Source of the DNA: Tubiluchus corallicola
Lineage: Eukaryota; Animalia; Priapulida
DNA: 64,000 bases
Reading direction: 5' to 3'
Assembly (NCBI GenBank): GCA_030141605.1
Contig: JAQGDQ010000692.1
Span: forward strand, 1-64,000
A program made the position numbers and the translations under genes. This document shows, piece by piece, positions 1 through 13,700 of the stretch; the stretch's first letter is position 1, and each line of letters opens with the position of its first letter. The notes beneath the pieces are model-generated. The model worked only from the letters and a program-made list of their open reading frames with translations, did no database searches and was not told where the DNA came from.

Positions 1-101
1 TCTGCCTCATGTAGCAATACGTAGCAAAAGAAATATTGTACTCGGTTCAGTTGCAATGACTTCTCCATCGCCTAAAGCATCTTAACGGGTTCTTAAGAAA
101 G

Positions 102-325
102 AAACTGTCAATAACTCAGGAGACATAGTGAAATCAAAGAACAAGTTATCAAGTAGGAACCTGTCAATAACTAAGGAGACATAGTGAAATCAAAGAACAA
201 GTTATCAAGAAAGAAGCTGTCAATAACTAAGGAGACATAGTGAAATCAAAGAACAAGTTATCAAGAAAGAAGCTGTCAATAACTAAGGAGACATAGTGAA
301 ATCAAAGAACAAGTTATCAAGAAAG
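102..325. repeat. Tandem repeat, 56-bp unit x4, followed by (GA)n microsatellite to ~405
   Basis: CTGTCAATAACT..GGAGACATAGTGAAATCAAAGAACAAGTTATCAAG recurs at 105, 161, 217 and 273. Confidence 0.95.
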
Positions 326-345
326 AAAGAGAGAGAAAGAGAGAT

Positions 346-393
<48 letters not shown>

Positions 394-638
394 AGAGATA
401 GAGAGCTATCAATACCATGATAGAGAGTTTTTCATAGAACGACCGATGTTTTTGTTTTTGTTTTTGTTTTTGATGAAATAGGTGCGTCTAGGAGAGAAGA
501 GAGAAAAACTTACACAATTTGTTCCACCTTTCCTTTATAATCATATTTATTTCTTATCAGAATGTACATAGAACATACAATTTATGTCTATTAACCAGCT
601 GTTTTTGTTAAAATGCTATTAATCATATTTGTTAACAG

Positions 639-2468
639 GAGTGGGGAGTAGAGAAATGGCTAAGAGATGGCGCACCAGCTTCGAAGCTAAATCTTGGAAT
701 GCCCATGTACGGACGCTGCGTGTTGCTAGCAAACCCTAGCCAACATGATTTGGGGGATCCGATCAACCGACAGGCATGTCCAGCCGGACCGTACACCAGA
801 CAAAATGGCTTCTTTTCTTACTATGAGGTAAAAATTACTCAAACTATTGTCAAGGATGTGATCGATTCTATGAAAAGAAATACTTGATTAAGAATAGAAT
901 GAGGAAGGTATTAATAGCATCAGATCAATTTCAGATGTGCAGTAATTTGCAAGATGGCTTCACGAAATACTGGGACCAAGATTCAGCAGTACCGTATGCA
1001 GTGAAGGGCAACCAATGGGCTGCTTATGACGACAGAGAGAGCATTGGTTTAAAAGTAAGTATAATTCTTGCCCCACTTAAAGGTTAAAATGTCTTCTTCC
1101 TAGGTGACAGAATTTGTTCACGTTCTTTGAAAACAAAAAACATGACAAACCAAACTTTGAGTCACGGTAACCTCGTAAAGTGCAAACGTATGCATGAAAA
1201 TTCAAGTCCTGTCTGTACAATAAGCCTTTTCACAGTTCCAGCAATTGACGATAATCGTGAAAAGGTCAAAGGTTAAGTGTACCAGGCAACGCATTTACGT
1301 GCACTTGACAACGCCTCGCAGCCCATGCTATGTAATAGTAACAGTTTTAGCATCTAGCTAGAACCTTACCTAGTTCATTTCTTCTTCTTCCCAAGCATTA
1401 TCCTGCTAGTAAATCACTCTACACACTCTATAGACTAATGCATAGTTAAGTAAAGTCCGCGTAAACCAACTGAAGTTACTGAATGGATGCGCCAGATGGC
1501 TTTGCTTTACGTGTATGGTGTAGTTAAGACGCATTGCTGTGGTACACTTAACCTTTGACCTGCAGTAACTGGCGCATGCGCACAAAGAAACTGTGAAAAG
1601 GCTTCTTCTATCTTAAAATGCAAGACTTAAACTTTGATTCTGTCAAAACCATTTTAAGCCACTTGTGCAAATTATCAAAAATTATTTAATTTGAACAATC
1701 AAAATTTAAACGGTTTATGCTAAATTTGTTACAATGTACAAATGCATCATGCCTAGCAATTAGGAACAGATTTGAGTGATCAATTTTGCTGTTTTTGACT
1801 ACAGATTATAAGAATAAATCAAATGGCATTCTATTTTATAGGCCGCTTTTGCAAAGGAGAAGGGTCTTGGTGGAGCAATGATATGGGCTTTGGACTTTGA
1901 TGATTTCACAGGTTCTCACTGCAATCAAGGCAAATACCCGCTTTTGACAAAGATTAATGAAGTGTTAGGCGGTAACACCCCTATAACAACAACAACAACA
2001 ACAACAACAAGACCCACAACAACAAGGTCAACAGCACAACCCAGCACCACTAGAAGAACAACAACAAGGCGACCCACAACCCGACCCACGACCCGGTCAA
2101 CAACCCAGTCAACAACTGCACCCACAACTGCCTCAACTTCGCCGCCAACCGGAGGTAAATGCGAGCCGTTCGTGTGCACCGAAGACGGCAATTTTCCAGA
2201 TCCGCTCAACTGCCAAGTCTACCATCAATGCGTCTACACGCACACGAACTTTCCACTTCATGTAACGCACCAATGTCTGGGAGACACCATCTACTTCCCA
2301 GAGCTAGGACAGTGTGTATTTGAACACCAAATAGTAAATGCAGTCGACTACTGTGCCCAGTGCACGGCCATGAGCCGGCTGGAAGTAGCCAGTATTAGGA
2401 TTGAACCTACGTACAGGCCGGCACCTGTAACATTTGAATATTCCAACTTCCATGGAAGACAGAGTTAA
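639..2468 (+). CDS. GH18 chitinase (chitotriosidase/AMCase-like), 3' portion: end of catalytic domain, Thr/Pro/Ser linker, CBM14 chitin-binding domain; 5' exons lie left of the window
   Basis: Phase-0 GT-AG exons 639-827 (EWGVEKWLRDGAPASKLNLGMPMYGR...GPYTRQNGFFSYYE), 935-1054 (MC...WDQDSAVPYAVKGNQWAAYDDRESIGLK), 1842-2468 (AAFAKEKGLGGAMIWALDFDDFTG...poly-Thr...six-Cys CBM14, stop). Confidence 0.93.
1219..1604 (+). mobile_element. Non-autonomous TIR element family B, copy 1
   Basis: Ends AAGCCTTTTCACAGTT / AACTGTGAAAAGGCTT; subterminal inverted GGTCAAAGGTTAAGTGTACCA / TGGTACACTTAACCTTTGACC; homologous to 14216-14602, 32751-33140, 57855-58243. Confidence 0.85.
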
Positions 2469-2721
2469 GCAAAATCTTAAAGAAGAGTCAGTGTTCTGCT
2501 ATCAGTATATGGCTTAGATAGTCATTGTCATGGAGTACTGCATTTAAACTGTTACAAATATAAAAAAAGCATTGTACATTAGCGCAGAAATGAAGCCTGC
2601 TGATTTGCAAGGCCAACTAATGTTGTCAGTGGTAATTTTAAATGTAGAAAACGGTTTTCTAAAGCGCCAAAGAATTGCGGGAGCAACTTTTTTCAAATTA
2701 GCTGGCAATTAACAGTATCAT

Positions 2722-3152
2722 TAATTAGAATACGACTGTGGATGCCGGAATGTTCATAAACCATTAGTGTTTATTTCACGACAAATACTGCCCATTGCGG
2801 GTCGCGAGTTGAAGAAAGAAAGGAGACACTGAAAAATTGCAACCAGTCAGGAATTGAACCAGAGACCTGGGATTACTACTCCCATTGCGGGTCGTGAGTT
2901 GAAGAAAGAAAAGAGACAGGTGCTGCTGGATTGTATGCTACAAGGAGAAAATCTCAGGGCATCCTTATTATGTTGGAGAGCTGGCAGAGCACGGGAGTAG
3001 TAATCCCAGATCTCTGGTTCAATTCCCAACTGGTTCACAATTTTTCAGTGTCTCATTTCTTTCTTCAACTTACGACCAGCAATGGGTAATAATTGAGAAA
3101 TAAACTGCAATGGTTTATAAACATTCTGACAGTCACAATCATAATCTAATTA
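2722..3152. mobile_element. Foldback element with tRNA-derived (SINE-like) core
   Basis: Imperfect inverted arms 2722-2880 / ~2997-3152; segment 2972-3035 has A-box-like TGGCAGAGC, anticodon arm GGGA-GTAGTAA-TCCC and B-box-like GGTTCAATTCC. Confidence 0.7.
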
Positions 3153-3789
3153 ATGAAATGTAGGAGCATTAAGAAACTCAAATTACTGTATTGCAATTGA
3201 TGAAATGTATCTTTACGAATTTACTTTGTCTTACATTGTAATTGTGCTAGTTACCTGGTATAAAAATGCTATAGTAAGAAATTTTTTATTAACTAAAGTG
3301 TCATTCTATAAGCACTTATATAGAAACTGCAGGTAAAATGTCAGTAATGTCTGCGTGAAATAAGGTAATCTTAGGAAATCAGATGTAGCAAAAATACAAA
3401 GTGTTTTGTTGTGGGAAGAGACTTGCCAGTATCGATGACTCGTACATTTTAACAGGAAAATGATGTAGCCAGTTCGTTTCATTCAATTAGTGTTGCGTAC
3501 ATAACGAATTACACTTACACTATGGTGTTACTTTGGCTAACCTTCAAAATAAAAATTGCAACCAGAATTTGTTGCTCCCAAAATCTGGTGCCCTAGGGTA
3601 CTGCCTAGTTTCCCTAGTGGTGGAGCCATTCCTGGAAACTAATTATGATGTTCGCTATTTTGTGTTTACTTCACTAACTGTCTTACATTAACTCTTTTAT
3701 TCATACTGTAACTCGGTTGTTAGGTAAAATAGCTATAAGGGGGCCGTACATTGTTGATATCTCTCAAAATACTATAGGTTTTATATGTC

Positions 3790-3970
3790 AAATGTAGACC
3801 TGCGTTAACTCAAATGTAGATTTAGGTAATTCAAATATGTCTTGGTAACTCAAATGTAGATTTAGGTAATTCAAATGTGTCTTGGTAACTCAAATGTAGA
3901 CTTAGGTAAGTCAAATGTGTCTTGGTAACTCAAATGTAGACTTGGGTAGTTCAAATGTAGTTCAAATGTG
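3790..3970. repeat. Minisatellite, ~19-20-bp unit (GGTAA(C/T)TCAAATGT...)
   Basis: About 9 degenerate copies containing TCAAATGT. Confidence 0.9.
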
Positions 3971-5464
3971 TTAACAATGGTTTTCAATGTGTTAATTTGA
4001 CGTGTAAAACCTATATATTGTTGAAAAATTATTATCTAGGTGTGCATATATTGTTAGGTAAAATAGCTATATTGTTGAAAAATTATTATCTATGTAATGC
4101 ATTTATATCAATTCTACATGGAAAAGTGCAAGCCATGCACTTGGCTATGTTGGTAAACAGTATCTGTTGTTGTAAAAAGTTAAATATAACATGCAAGACT
4201 TATATTTTTAAATAATTATAATGTTAATCTTTTTTATTATACTTCGTTTTTATATATGATATACAAAAATATAAATTTAATACAAGCACCAAATCTATTA
4301 AAATACTTGTAAAATTAAGGAAAAACAGGCCAAATTATTAGTTCATAATATCACAGCAAGCAATTTGCTTTAGCAGAAAGTCATGACTCAATAATATAAA
4401 AATTTCATGACATAGTATTATCTCAAAACATCTGGGAAACCGTGGCAATGAGCACATCATTTTATGACCACAGAATTGAAGTTTCGCATTTTCATACCGT
4501 CATGATCAGCAAAATCACACAATTATAAAAAAATGCGATTACAATACATTGATAAAACTAACCATTTTATGATCAGCTTGCTAACAAGAGAACGTCAATA
4601 TACCAATACTAATTCAGTTCAATTTCAATTTATTTATCTCTTTATAATGTTACAATAAAACATGATTAATAAAAGAATCTCTAATAAGTTTTGAAAAATG
4701 GTTAAAATGTATACATGTAGATAGATTTAGAACTAGAGAAAGGATAGCGAAAAGACTATAAAGTCACGTAGTCTGCTATCCTTTACTGAATATAGATAAA
4801 AAGATTTTTTAGACATTGGTGGACATTAATGTTGTCAGTTTAATTTAGGCAACTCAGGTAAAGAAAGTATTTGCAGAGCATGGGCAGCAGGCATAGAGCC
4901 TCCCACATCTTAGTTATGTGCAGCCCCATAGGCAGGGGCATAGTCAAGTTCTATAGTCAGGGGGAGTAACCAAGCAAGGAAGAAAGGCACCATGACACAT
5001 ACCAAACAATTTCCAATGCATTGATTAAACATTTTAATTCTGTGTTTAACATCAAAACACGAGGAAGATACAGTTTTAAACGAAGTACATAACTGTTGCT
5101 TTGTATTTAAAATTAAAATACGATAAAAAAATTTACAGCAAGTTCATAAATGTCAAAACATAATAAAAACATGTATTATTTAACTATTTAGGTTTTAAAT
5201 GTAAACCGAAAACAAAATGAATGAATTTTGGCACTTTTGAAAAGCCGCCAATTTGGAAAAAGTGCCCAGGAGAGCAGTTGCTCCTCTATTAGCTATGCCA
5301 CTGCCCATTGGCCAATTTTGCAAATTGAATAGCTCACTCACCAGATGGACACAACCAAAAACTGCTGTCTACAGCTGCATTAATGTGACATGTTCAAAAG
5401 AAAAAATGTTCAAAAGAAAAAATTTTAAAAATTAACTGATGATAATTAAAAAAATTCTAACTTA

Positions 5465-5900
5465 CACGGATGAGAATGACAAATTGCAAAAAACTCTGAA
5501 ATAGGCCATAGAGAGCCTCTAAGTGGACTTAAAATATCAATTACCTTGTTTCATGCATAATTTAAAATACCCAACTATCAAGGATACATGATACCTAATT
5601 GTCTCAAAAATGCCTAAGTACTGGCCGCTCCTATGCAAAAGTATATAAAAACTGTCTGCAATTGACTCTAATAACTCCGCACAATTGATTCTATATTTTT
5701 ATACATAGAGATGTACACGTGGTTACACTGATGTACGTGATGCAAACAAAGTGACGGCCTGCCATCTAGTGGTCAGCCTGCGAAATAATGTACTGGGTCC
5801 GTAAAAATTTTCTCAGCAAATTCCTCGATTTACAAAAATGACACTACTGGTCTTCCAAAAACTCGGAATTCCACGTATCCGCGGAAAATTCTCATCCCTG
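5465..5900 (+). mobile_element. Non-autonomous TIR element family C, 6-bp TSD, copy 1
   Basis: Ends CACGGATGAGAAT / ATTCTCATCCCTG; AACTTA on both flanks; near-identical to 10564-10977 and 17052-17511. Confidence 0.9.
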
Positions 5901-7281
5901 AACTTAACATCAAAAACTCAGATATTTAAAAATACTGTTACCGTCTTTACTATCACAATTTACCTTCAACTGTCATCACTCTTTACTCACAATTTTAGCA
6001 CGTTTCAATGGTCTATCAACCATTCAGCCTATTGTTACAAATGGCTGAACAAACATATGCAATTTTAATGTTGTAATTGTAATTTTAAACAAACAAACAT
6101 ATGAAAGTTTATACATAAACTTGATCAAATCCTAAACAAAAAAATATTTTTTGCTTACGAATAGCCTAAATTGTCGCAGTTCAAGCTTGCTCCATTCACG
6201 GTAATCACGTGACAACTGACAAAAAACTGTGTGAGCGACAGTGCTTTCTCTACCTGGGCTCAGACATGTGCACATGGCTGTGTGCGCACAACACCATGTT
6301 GCTGGAGCGCACTGCGCTGGGCTGTGAAGCAAACAGTACTAACCTCACGTGCTCTGGACTGTACAAGTATAAAGAAAGAACTAAAGAAAAAAAGACTTAT
6401 TATATTGAATATTATCGATAATATTGAGTGAAAATAGGGGGTGCTGCAGCCCCACAGCCGCCATTGAGCAAGCATAAAATCAATATTAGAAGTAGTGTCA
6501 GTATACTCAGTCCAATGCCATCATAGTACAGCAAATAATCATTTGGATTACACAGGAATGAACACCTTTTCACAAATTTGACGACGAAGCCATTTTGATC
6601 TCGAGTGATTTCTTCTTTAGAGTTTTGCCAAGAACTAAGATAGGCAACCCAGCCCAATACAGTTGAAAACTCACAGAAATAATTATCAAGCCATGTTTAC
6701 ATTGCATGAATGCATTGGAAAAAATGATTGTTAATACTTTTGGGCAAGTTTGTTCATGAGGTAGCTAGCTTGTTTGGAAAAAAAGGAAAGATCCTTAAAG
6801 TTTATAAGTAAAGTAATACAGTGATCTACGTATAACTGGAACACCTCTGAACCGGAAAACTTGTTCGAGTTATGCGAGTTTACGAGTTAGACAATATTCG
6901 TAAGAAAAGAAGATGAAGTCACTCATCAACGTCAGGCAACACATTAGTAACACTACAGCATGTGAAAATGACAAATTGAGTGTTTAATCAAATATCAAAC
7001 AACAGTTTTTTTATGAATAATCAAAAATAAAATGACTGGTCCACCTCTACTGTAGTCTGAGTAGCAATGTTAATAGAATTCGGCAGTAATAATATTGTGA
7101 TCTACATTAAACCACGTTCGTTAAGCCGTGTTGTGTTCAGCATTCTGCTAAGGTCATACAAGAAATCTTAGCACTTTTGCTGAAAACTAGCAGTTAAAAT
7201 CATAATGTGGTGCACACTTTTGAGAGGGATTTCTCATGTGGGAGATCGTTCGAGATAAGCAGGGTAATTTCAGTTACGCAA

Positions 7282-7760
7282 AGTTATAATACAATTAATT
7301 TGGAAACAAAAATGTGAAGAAAGGGCAGCGAAAGACCAATTGGTCATCTAGTCAGCTGCCCTTTGGTTAGTCATGAACATTTTTATAAGCGCTATGCTAC
7401 AGTGTATTAGTGTTAGTACTACTTATAATAAAAACTAAATTGTTACGAATGACATTAAATTGATATGCTTATAACGTGTTAGTACAATTCATGCACAGTA
7501 ATAATAAGTGCATAATAAAAAAAATCAAACTGAAAATAACTGAAATAAAACTGAACTGAAACAAGAACTGAAATAAAAATCTGACAACAGAAACATAATA
7601 ACAATGGAAGTTAAATTTACTTTATAACACAAGCATAATTCTTGGACATAAGCAAGCGAATGTATAATGGAGTCATAATATATCATAATAATGTCAAAAA
7701 TTACAGAGCGATTTTTGATGATCTGAGGTAAAATAAACACACAGATAGTTAAAGCACATA
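7282..7760 (-). mobile_element. Dispersed repeat (LINE 3'-end-like) just downstream of the PRCP stop
   Basis: Reverse-complement near-copy of 22479-22931; contains stem-loop at 7321-7363. Confidence 0.75.
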
Positions 7761-7791
7761 CAAAAGCTCAATTAAACATCATGTACTTATC

Positions 7792-10700
7792 TTACAAAAT
7801 CACAAACTTTCTGCGATCGGAATGCATTTGAAATCCGGTCGGCTTCGTTTGAGCAATCCAGTGCCGGATCGTGGCGACTTCCTGCTTCCTGGCCTCAATG
7901 ACAGATTGAGGATCTAGCTTATTGCTGCTCCGAAGATCCAGATGATGTGCTCCGTCTTCGATGCTAATTGCGACTAGAGTTGGAGACAAAGAGTGGAGTA
8001 TGCCTCCACCTGACCATGGATCTAGTTTTCCATTACTGAAAGTAAAGATTATAAACATGGAGCAAAACGAATAATTTACATGTTAGACGTGACGAGTGAT
8101 TAACTGATTAACAAGTTGGGTTAATTTATGCGCCGGTTAACTGAAACTTCTTGAAAGTAAATCACAAGTTGGGTTTAATTTATGCGCCAGTTAACTGAAA
8201 CTTCTTGAAAGTAAATCACAATTTGGGTTAATTAATGCGCCGGTTAACTGAAACTTCTTGAAAGTAAATCACAATTTGGGTTTAATTTATGCGCCAGTTA
8301 ACTGAAACTTCTTGAAAGTAAATCACAATTTGGGTTCATTTATGCGCCGGTTAACTGAAACTTCTTGAAAGTAAATCACAATTTGGGTTAATTTATGCAC
8401 CGGTTAACTGAAACTTCTTGAAAGTAAATCACAATTTGGGTTTAATTTATGCGCCAGTTAACTGAAACTTCTTGAAAGTAAATCACAATTTGGGTTAATT
8501 TATGCGCCGGTTAACTGAAACTTCTTGAAAGTAAATCACAATTTGGGTTAATTTATGCACCGGTTAACTGAAACTTCTTGAAAGTAAATCACAATTTGGG
8601 TTAATTTATGCGCCGGTTAACTGAAACTTCTTGAAAGTAAATCACAATTTGGGTTAATTTATGCGCCGGTTAACTGAAACTTCTTGAAAGTAAATCACGA
8701 TTTGGGTTAATTTATGCGCCGGTTAACTGAAACTTCTAGATAAGTAACAAGTCAATGACCGAGAAAGTTTTGCTTTTTCTAACACATTTTGACATGTCAA
8801 ATTAAATTTTGACTTTATTAAATTCACAGTTTTAATAAATGTGAATAACTGGAATCACCCCCAATAACTGGAATAAAATAAGTGCCCAAGTAAAAATGCA
8901 CAAAACTATTTATAGTTTCAAAAAGTACTTGAAAAGGACCATTTTTGATTCATACTTATAATACAATTTTACTGGTTCCATGTCTCATGCAGTTGCAATA
9001 TATGGCCTCCAATCAATTATAATGCTATTTTAACATACCTCTATGTAAATTAAACATACACTGTGGTCGTTTCTTCTCCTCTTTTCCTTCTTCCTATCCC
9101 TAATCTTACTATTTTTTCCATTCTATCATGTCTATTAACCCTAACCATTCTTTCATTCACTCATCCTCCCCTCCCTTCCTTCTTCCTATCCCCAATCTTA
9201 CTATTTTTTCCATTCCATCATGTCTACTAACCTTAACCGTTCTTTCATTCACTCATTTGTGCCACCTTAACAAGCCAAGCTTTCAAGGTGTCATACAGCA
9301 ACTCTTTTATTTGGTTATTTTGACTTCATCAACATTTTTTTACCTATACTGTTTCTTTTTGTTTCAATAATATTGTATTTTGATGTATTGTATATGTATT
9401 GCTGGAGTGAAATAAACTGATTGATTGATTGTTAACCTGCATTTAAACTTACATGCACAGCCACAGTAACCATTCAATTAAAAGTTTAATGTCACTTTCA
9501 CACTAGCGAGTTTTCTTGCCAAGTAACTCGCCAAGTAACTCGAAGGATGTTTAGACTAGACAGCAAAACCTGCTGTGAACCGTCGGACAGTTTGCAATAA
9601 CTTTCCGCCAGTAACTCGCACTTGCGATTGAAACTCATGATAGAAAACTCGCGAGTCTGAATGTGCCATGACAGACCTGTGAATTGCTCTGCTAACGTTG
9701 ATTACAAATTTTACCAAGTGGAAGCCAAGCAAATTCACCTTTACTACATATAGACCGGGATGCCCAAGGAAGTTCGATCCCCAAAATTCGAGCCCCAAAA
9801 GGTTCGAGTAGCTAAACGGGATGAACAAAGGCCAAGTTTCAAAAATATGTTTGCCTTCTGTTGTGCTACCAGTCAATTGAGGTCAAAGGTCACGTAAATG
9901 TTTGGGTGTCTTTCAGAAAATTGGCCACAGAAAATGTAGCGCACGGCGAAAGAATAAAAACCAGCTAAGATTTCAATTTTCAAAATGACGCATTTACTTT
10001 TAAAATCTTAGGTTAAACTTGGCAATATTCTATTTTTTATTTTCAGATAAACTGTAACAAAGCCATTAAAATCTAACTCAGAACATTTGACCACATCTTG
10101 ACATTAAAAGAGGCACAACATTGTTTAAAGAAAATTAAAGCAAATGTTTAATTTAAACTTAATTTATTTAAGTTTTCAATCTATAATTTAATTATCAGAA
10201 ACACATTTTCAGTATTAATTTTGTTAAAATGTAAACGTTTTGTTGCATTTGAAAATGAGGTAGCGTATGAAAAAGTCATCAGTTTTCCATTAAGCTTAGA
10301 TTACCTGAAAATAATATTACTAGAAGCAGTAATGTTAGCAGCGCCGTAGTACACAGGTACCCAGTCAGGACGAGGACGAACGCTCCATTTCATATAACAA
10401 CCGTCCGAAAATGCTTGAAAGTTCCACTCGAACGGTTCGAACATGTCGTGAACTCCATCAGCACAGAATGGCATAACCATTTCTGTACATGCCTGGTAAC
10501 ACAACAAGGTAAAATACAGATTTAGAAATGCTTAAACGATTGAGAAATTATTATTATATTCTGCAGGGATGAGAATGACAAATTGCAAAATACTCTGAAA
10601 CAGGCCGGCCTCTAAGTGGACTTAAAATATCAATTACCTTGTTTCATGCATAATTTAAAATACCCAACTATCAAGGATACATGATACCTAATTGTCTCAA

Positions 10701-13700
10701 AAATGTCTAAGCACTGGCCGCTCCTATGCAAAAGTATATAAAAACTGTTTGCAATTGACTCAAATAACTCCGCACAATTGATTCTATATTTTTATACATA
10801 GAGATATACACGTGGTTACACTGATGTACGTGATGTAAACAAAGTGACGGCCGCTTGTGAAATAATGTACTAGGTCCGTAAAAAATTTTTCAACGAATTT
10901 ACGCGATTTACAAAATGACACTACTGGTTTTCCAGAAACTCGGAATTACGCGTATCCGCGGAAAATTCTCATCCCTGATTCTGTTAGTTCTGCGGCAACA
11001 TGCAGATTAGTACAGTGAAAATACATCTTGCATCTTAAGAGGAAAATTAACACCCTCATATCTCGGTTTGCTGGACTACGCTTTTATGGATATCGGAAGA
11101 ATCGGAGAAAATCTGGACCGTTAAAAAGTCACGCATACTACGGACACAGACTGTTGTTTCGCAAGCTCACCGCTAGATGGCGAACCGTCACTTTGTTTTC
11201 ATCATCACATCAGTGCAACCAGGCAGCGTATAAGGTCACGGTCACGTGTGTAGCTTGTATGTCAGGAGCGGCCTGTACCAGACGTTTTTGATTTGGTGAT
11301 TGATTCTACATTACCGTGAGTCTAATACAAGGCACCAGTAAACCGAGATATGTGCGCACATCTTTAAAAAATCAATTACAAATACTGCGATTAATAAATA
11401 AGGTGTTAGTTTCACGTTTTTGCCAGTGAAAGAATTCAATGTCAAAATTAAGAGAACTAGAAAAAGTCAACTAAAACTATTTCAAAACGACAAATTACAG
11501 GTTATATAATGCCGGAATGGCCCAGTAGAAAGGAGAAACATTTTTCTTAAAACAAATTTCAGTAAAACAAACAAAGTCTCACCATACCTGTAGAAAATTG
11601 CAATCATTTTTTATTGTAAAACTTAAACAATGTTACAGATGATGGTGGAATGTAGAATAACTGTATAACTTGTTTCATTGCCATAAAAATTCTCTCCACA
11701 CTCAGTGGCATAAAAGCAACAAACAATTTATTGAGAAAACCTTGCACTCAAAAACATATCCTTTAACATTGTTGTCTTTTGATCAACTGGAACTTGCATG
11801 CCTGAGAGAATAAAGCTGTAATCACATGACCAGACATACAAGTTCCTATTGGAAGGTACATCACATTCATGCATACAGACCATAAATGGAAAGGTCACCT
11901 CTACAGACTACTAGTTAAACTAAAATCAAAGTCTACTTGACTTCTTTGATAGCAGAATAAAGATTATTGGTTTACAGAAAGCTGTGTTATAATGTTATAA
12001 TTTTTCTCTATTTAAATTTGAATAAGAGAGTTATAACCAGAATTAAAGCATGAAATTAACAATCTAATTACTCTAATTAATGAAAATCTGTCAAAGCAAA
12101 AGGAAACAATATTTAGAAACAAAAAATCACTCTCTGACAAACTTTGTACAATAGAGTGTAGTTGGCAGCATAGACCAAATCAGTACTTTAGTGTAGTAGA
12201 CTGACAATTAAATGGATCAGATAATACCACAATCGCGTACTCGGTACAATATGCGACAATACCTGGTAGCTCCATCCTTGATCGCTGAGGGCACTGGATG
12301 ATTCCTGGGATAGATTCAAGCACTGCGCCTGACCTGTGTAATTAAAGTAGACAGAGACACCTTTGAACAGAGACTGAATCAGCTGCTTATCAGGTAAATG
12401 AGGGTCCTGCAAATGTGAACACACCTCCTAAAAAATAAAAATCAATATAAATTTACATAGGCACTTCAGAGTATCTATTACTAAAACGACACGACACTTA
12501 ATAAAAACTTTGATTTACGATTGTTTAAAAAACATGTCCAAACGTTTCGATAAACAATCAGTTGTCATCACCAGTGGTTCAATACAACAAAACAACCACT
12601 GGTTTATTTAGGCAGAGCCTACGGTATAGAAAATTATGCCCTAATTATATTAGCCAAAGTAAGCCAAAAAAAGCCAAAGTAATGAATAAACAGACCTGTG
12701 GAAAAGAAATGTGGAAATGTGGAATGGATAGATTGTGGAAGTTGGAATTGTACATTGTAGTTAGGTGCTGCCATCTATGTGCTAATCTTGTTACATTCTA
12801 CCAGCTGACTTACCTTCAGTATAATTGTATGGTCCAGTGACTACATACACACTGGTCCTCTCCCTATCTAAAATTAATGGTTGTTGTGAAGCCTGTGCAA
12901 CTCTGCATAGGTCAAGTTCTATACCTGTATACTGGCTGTGAAACAGGTTTTACTGACTGTTTTTTGCTTTCTAGTTTTTGCTCAATGTTCAGTGCAGCAG
13001 TTTTGCTACTCATGTTTTCTGTAGTTCAATAAACACTTTTCTATTGTGTGCAGTGCAAATATTTATTATAGATTTTTGGTTTCTATCCATACTTCTCTGT
13101 GCCTAAACTCAATCATAACAAAGTGACTGAACAACAACTTCAAACATGACTTTCACATAGATACAATAAAAGATCTATAGCTAAGTGTTTGGATCCATTA
13201 ACTTTCAGTATTTGAATCCAATTCTATTATCTGTTACTGTCTTTTCAGGCAAGTAAGCATAATGCTAAGTGGGAATAACTTTGTACGGAAAGTTTTTTTT
13301 TGGACATACTTTAAAACTCCCTTTTCCCCCTTGAATGTTCTTGTGTTTTCAACACGTCACTTCTTGTTAAACGGCTCCATTGTCGTCACTGTCAAAGCAC
13401 AACTCAACTTACATTGGGTAATAGTTACTCAGCTTAGACAAAAACTTGCATGAACCGTAAACCAGCAGGGCCTGATTATGATGTTTTGTGGCGCTCAGAT
13501 GGAGCCACCGTCTAACTCTCCTGCGCCCATCTTGAATATTTTTACTCGTGAAATATTTTAGCGACATTTGCACAGCTGGGGGCCTCATATTTCCAATAAA
13601 GGGCTTCAAGTAGGGGCCCTTACATCAAATAACGGGCCTCAAACAAGGACCCCCTATCTCAAATAAAAGGTCACAAACAGAAATCATTTATCTCAAATGA

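Noticed and set aside
296-481. ER-repeat ORF and the SL-repeat ORFs at 39690-40057
   Set aside because: Translations of (GA)n/(CT)n microsatellites.
2972-3035. Functional tRNA-Thr gene
   Set aside because: T-stem and acceptor stem pair poorly and it is embedded in a repeat; treated as tRNA-derived.
7321-7363. Hammerhead ribozyme (CTGA and GAAA-like words in the hairpin)
   Set aside because: CTGA and GAAA fall on opposite strands, and there is no third stem or NUH cleavage site.
8113-8738. Regularly spaced repeats as a CRISPR array (also 18547, 31588, 38374, 53676)
   Set aside because: Units are contiguous with no unique spacers, there are no cas genes, and the context is eukaryotic.
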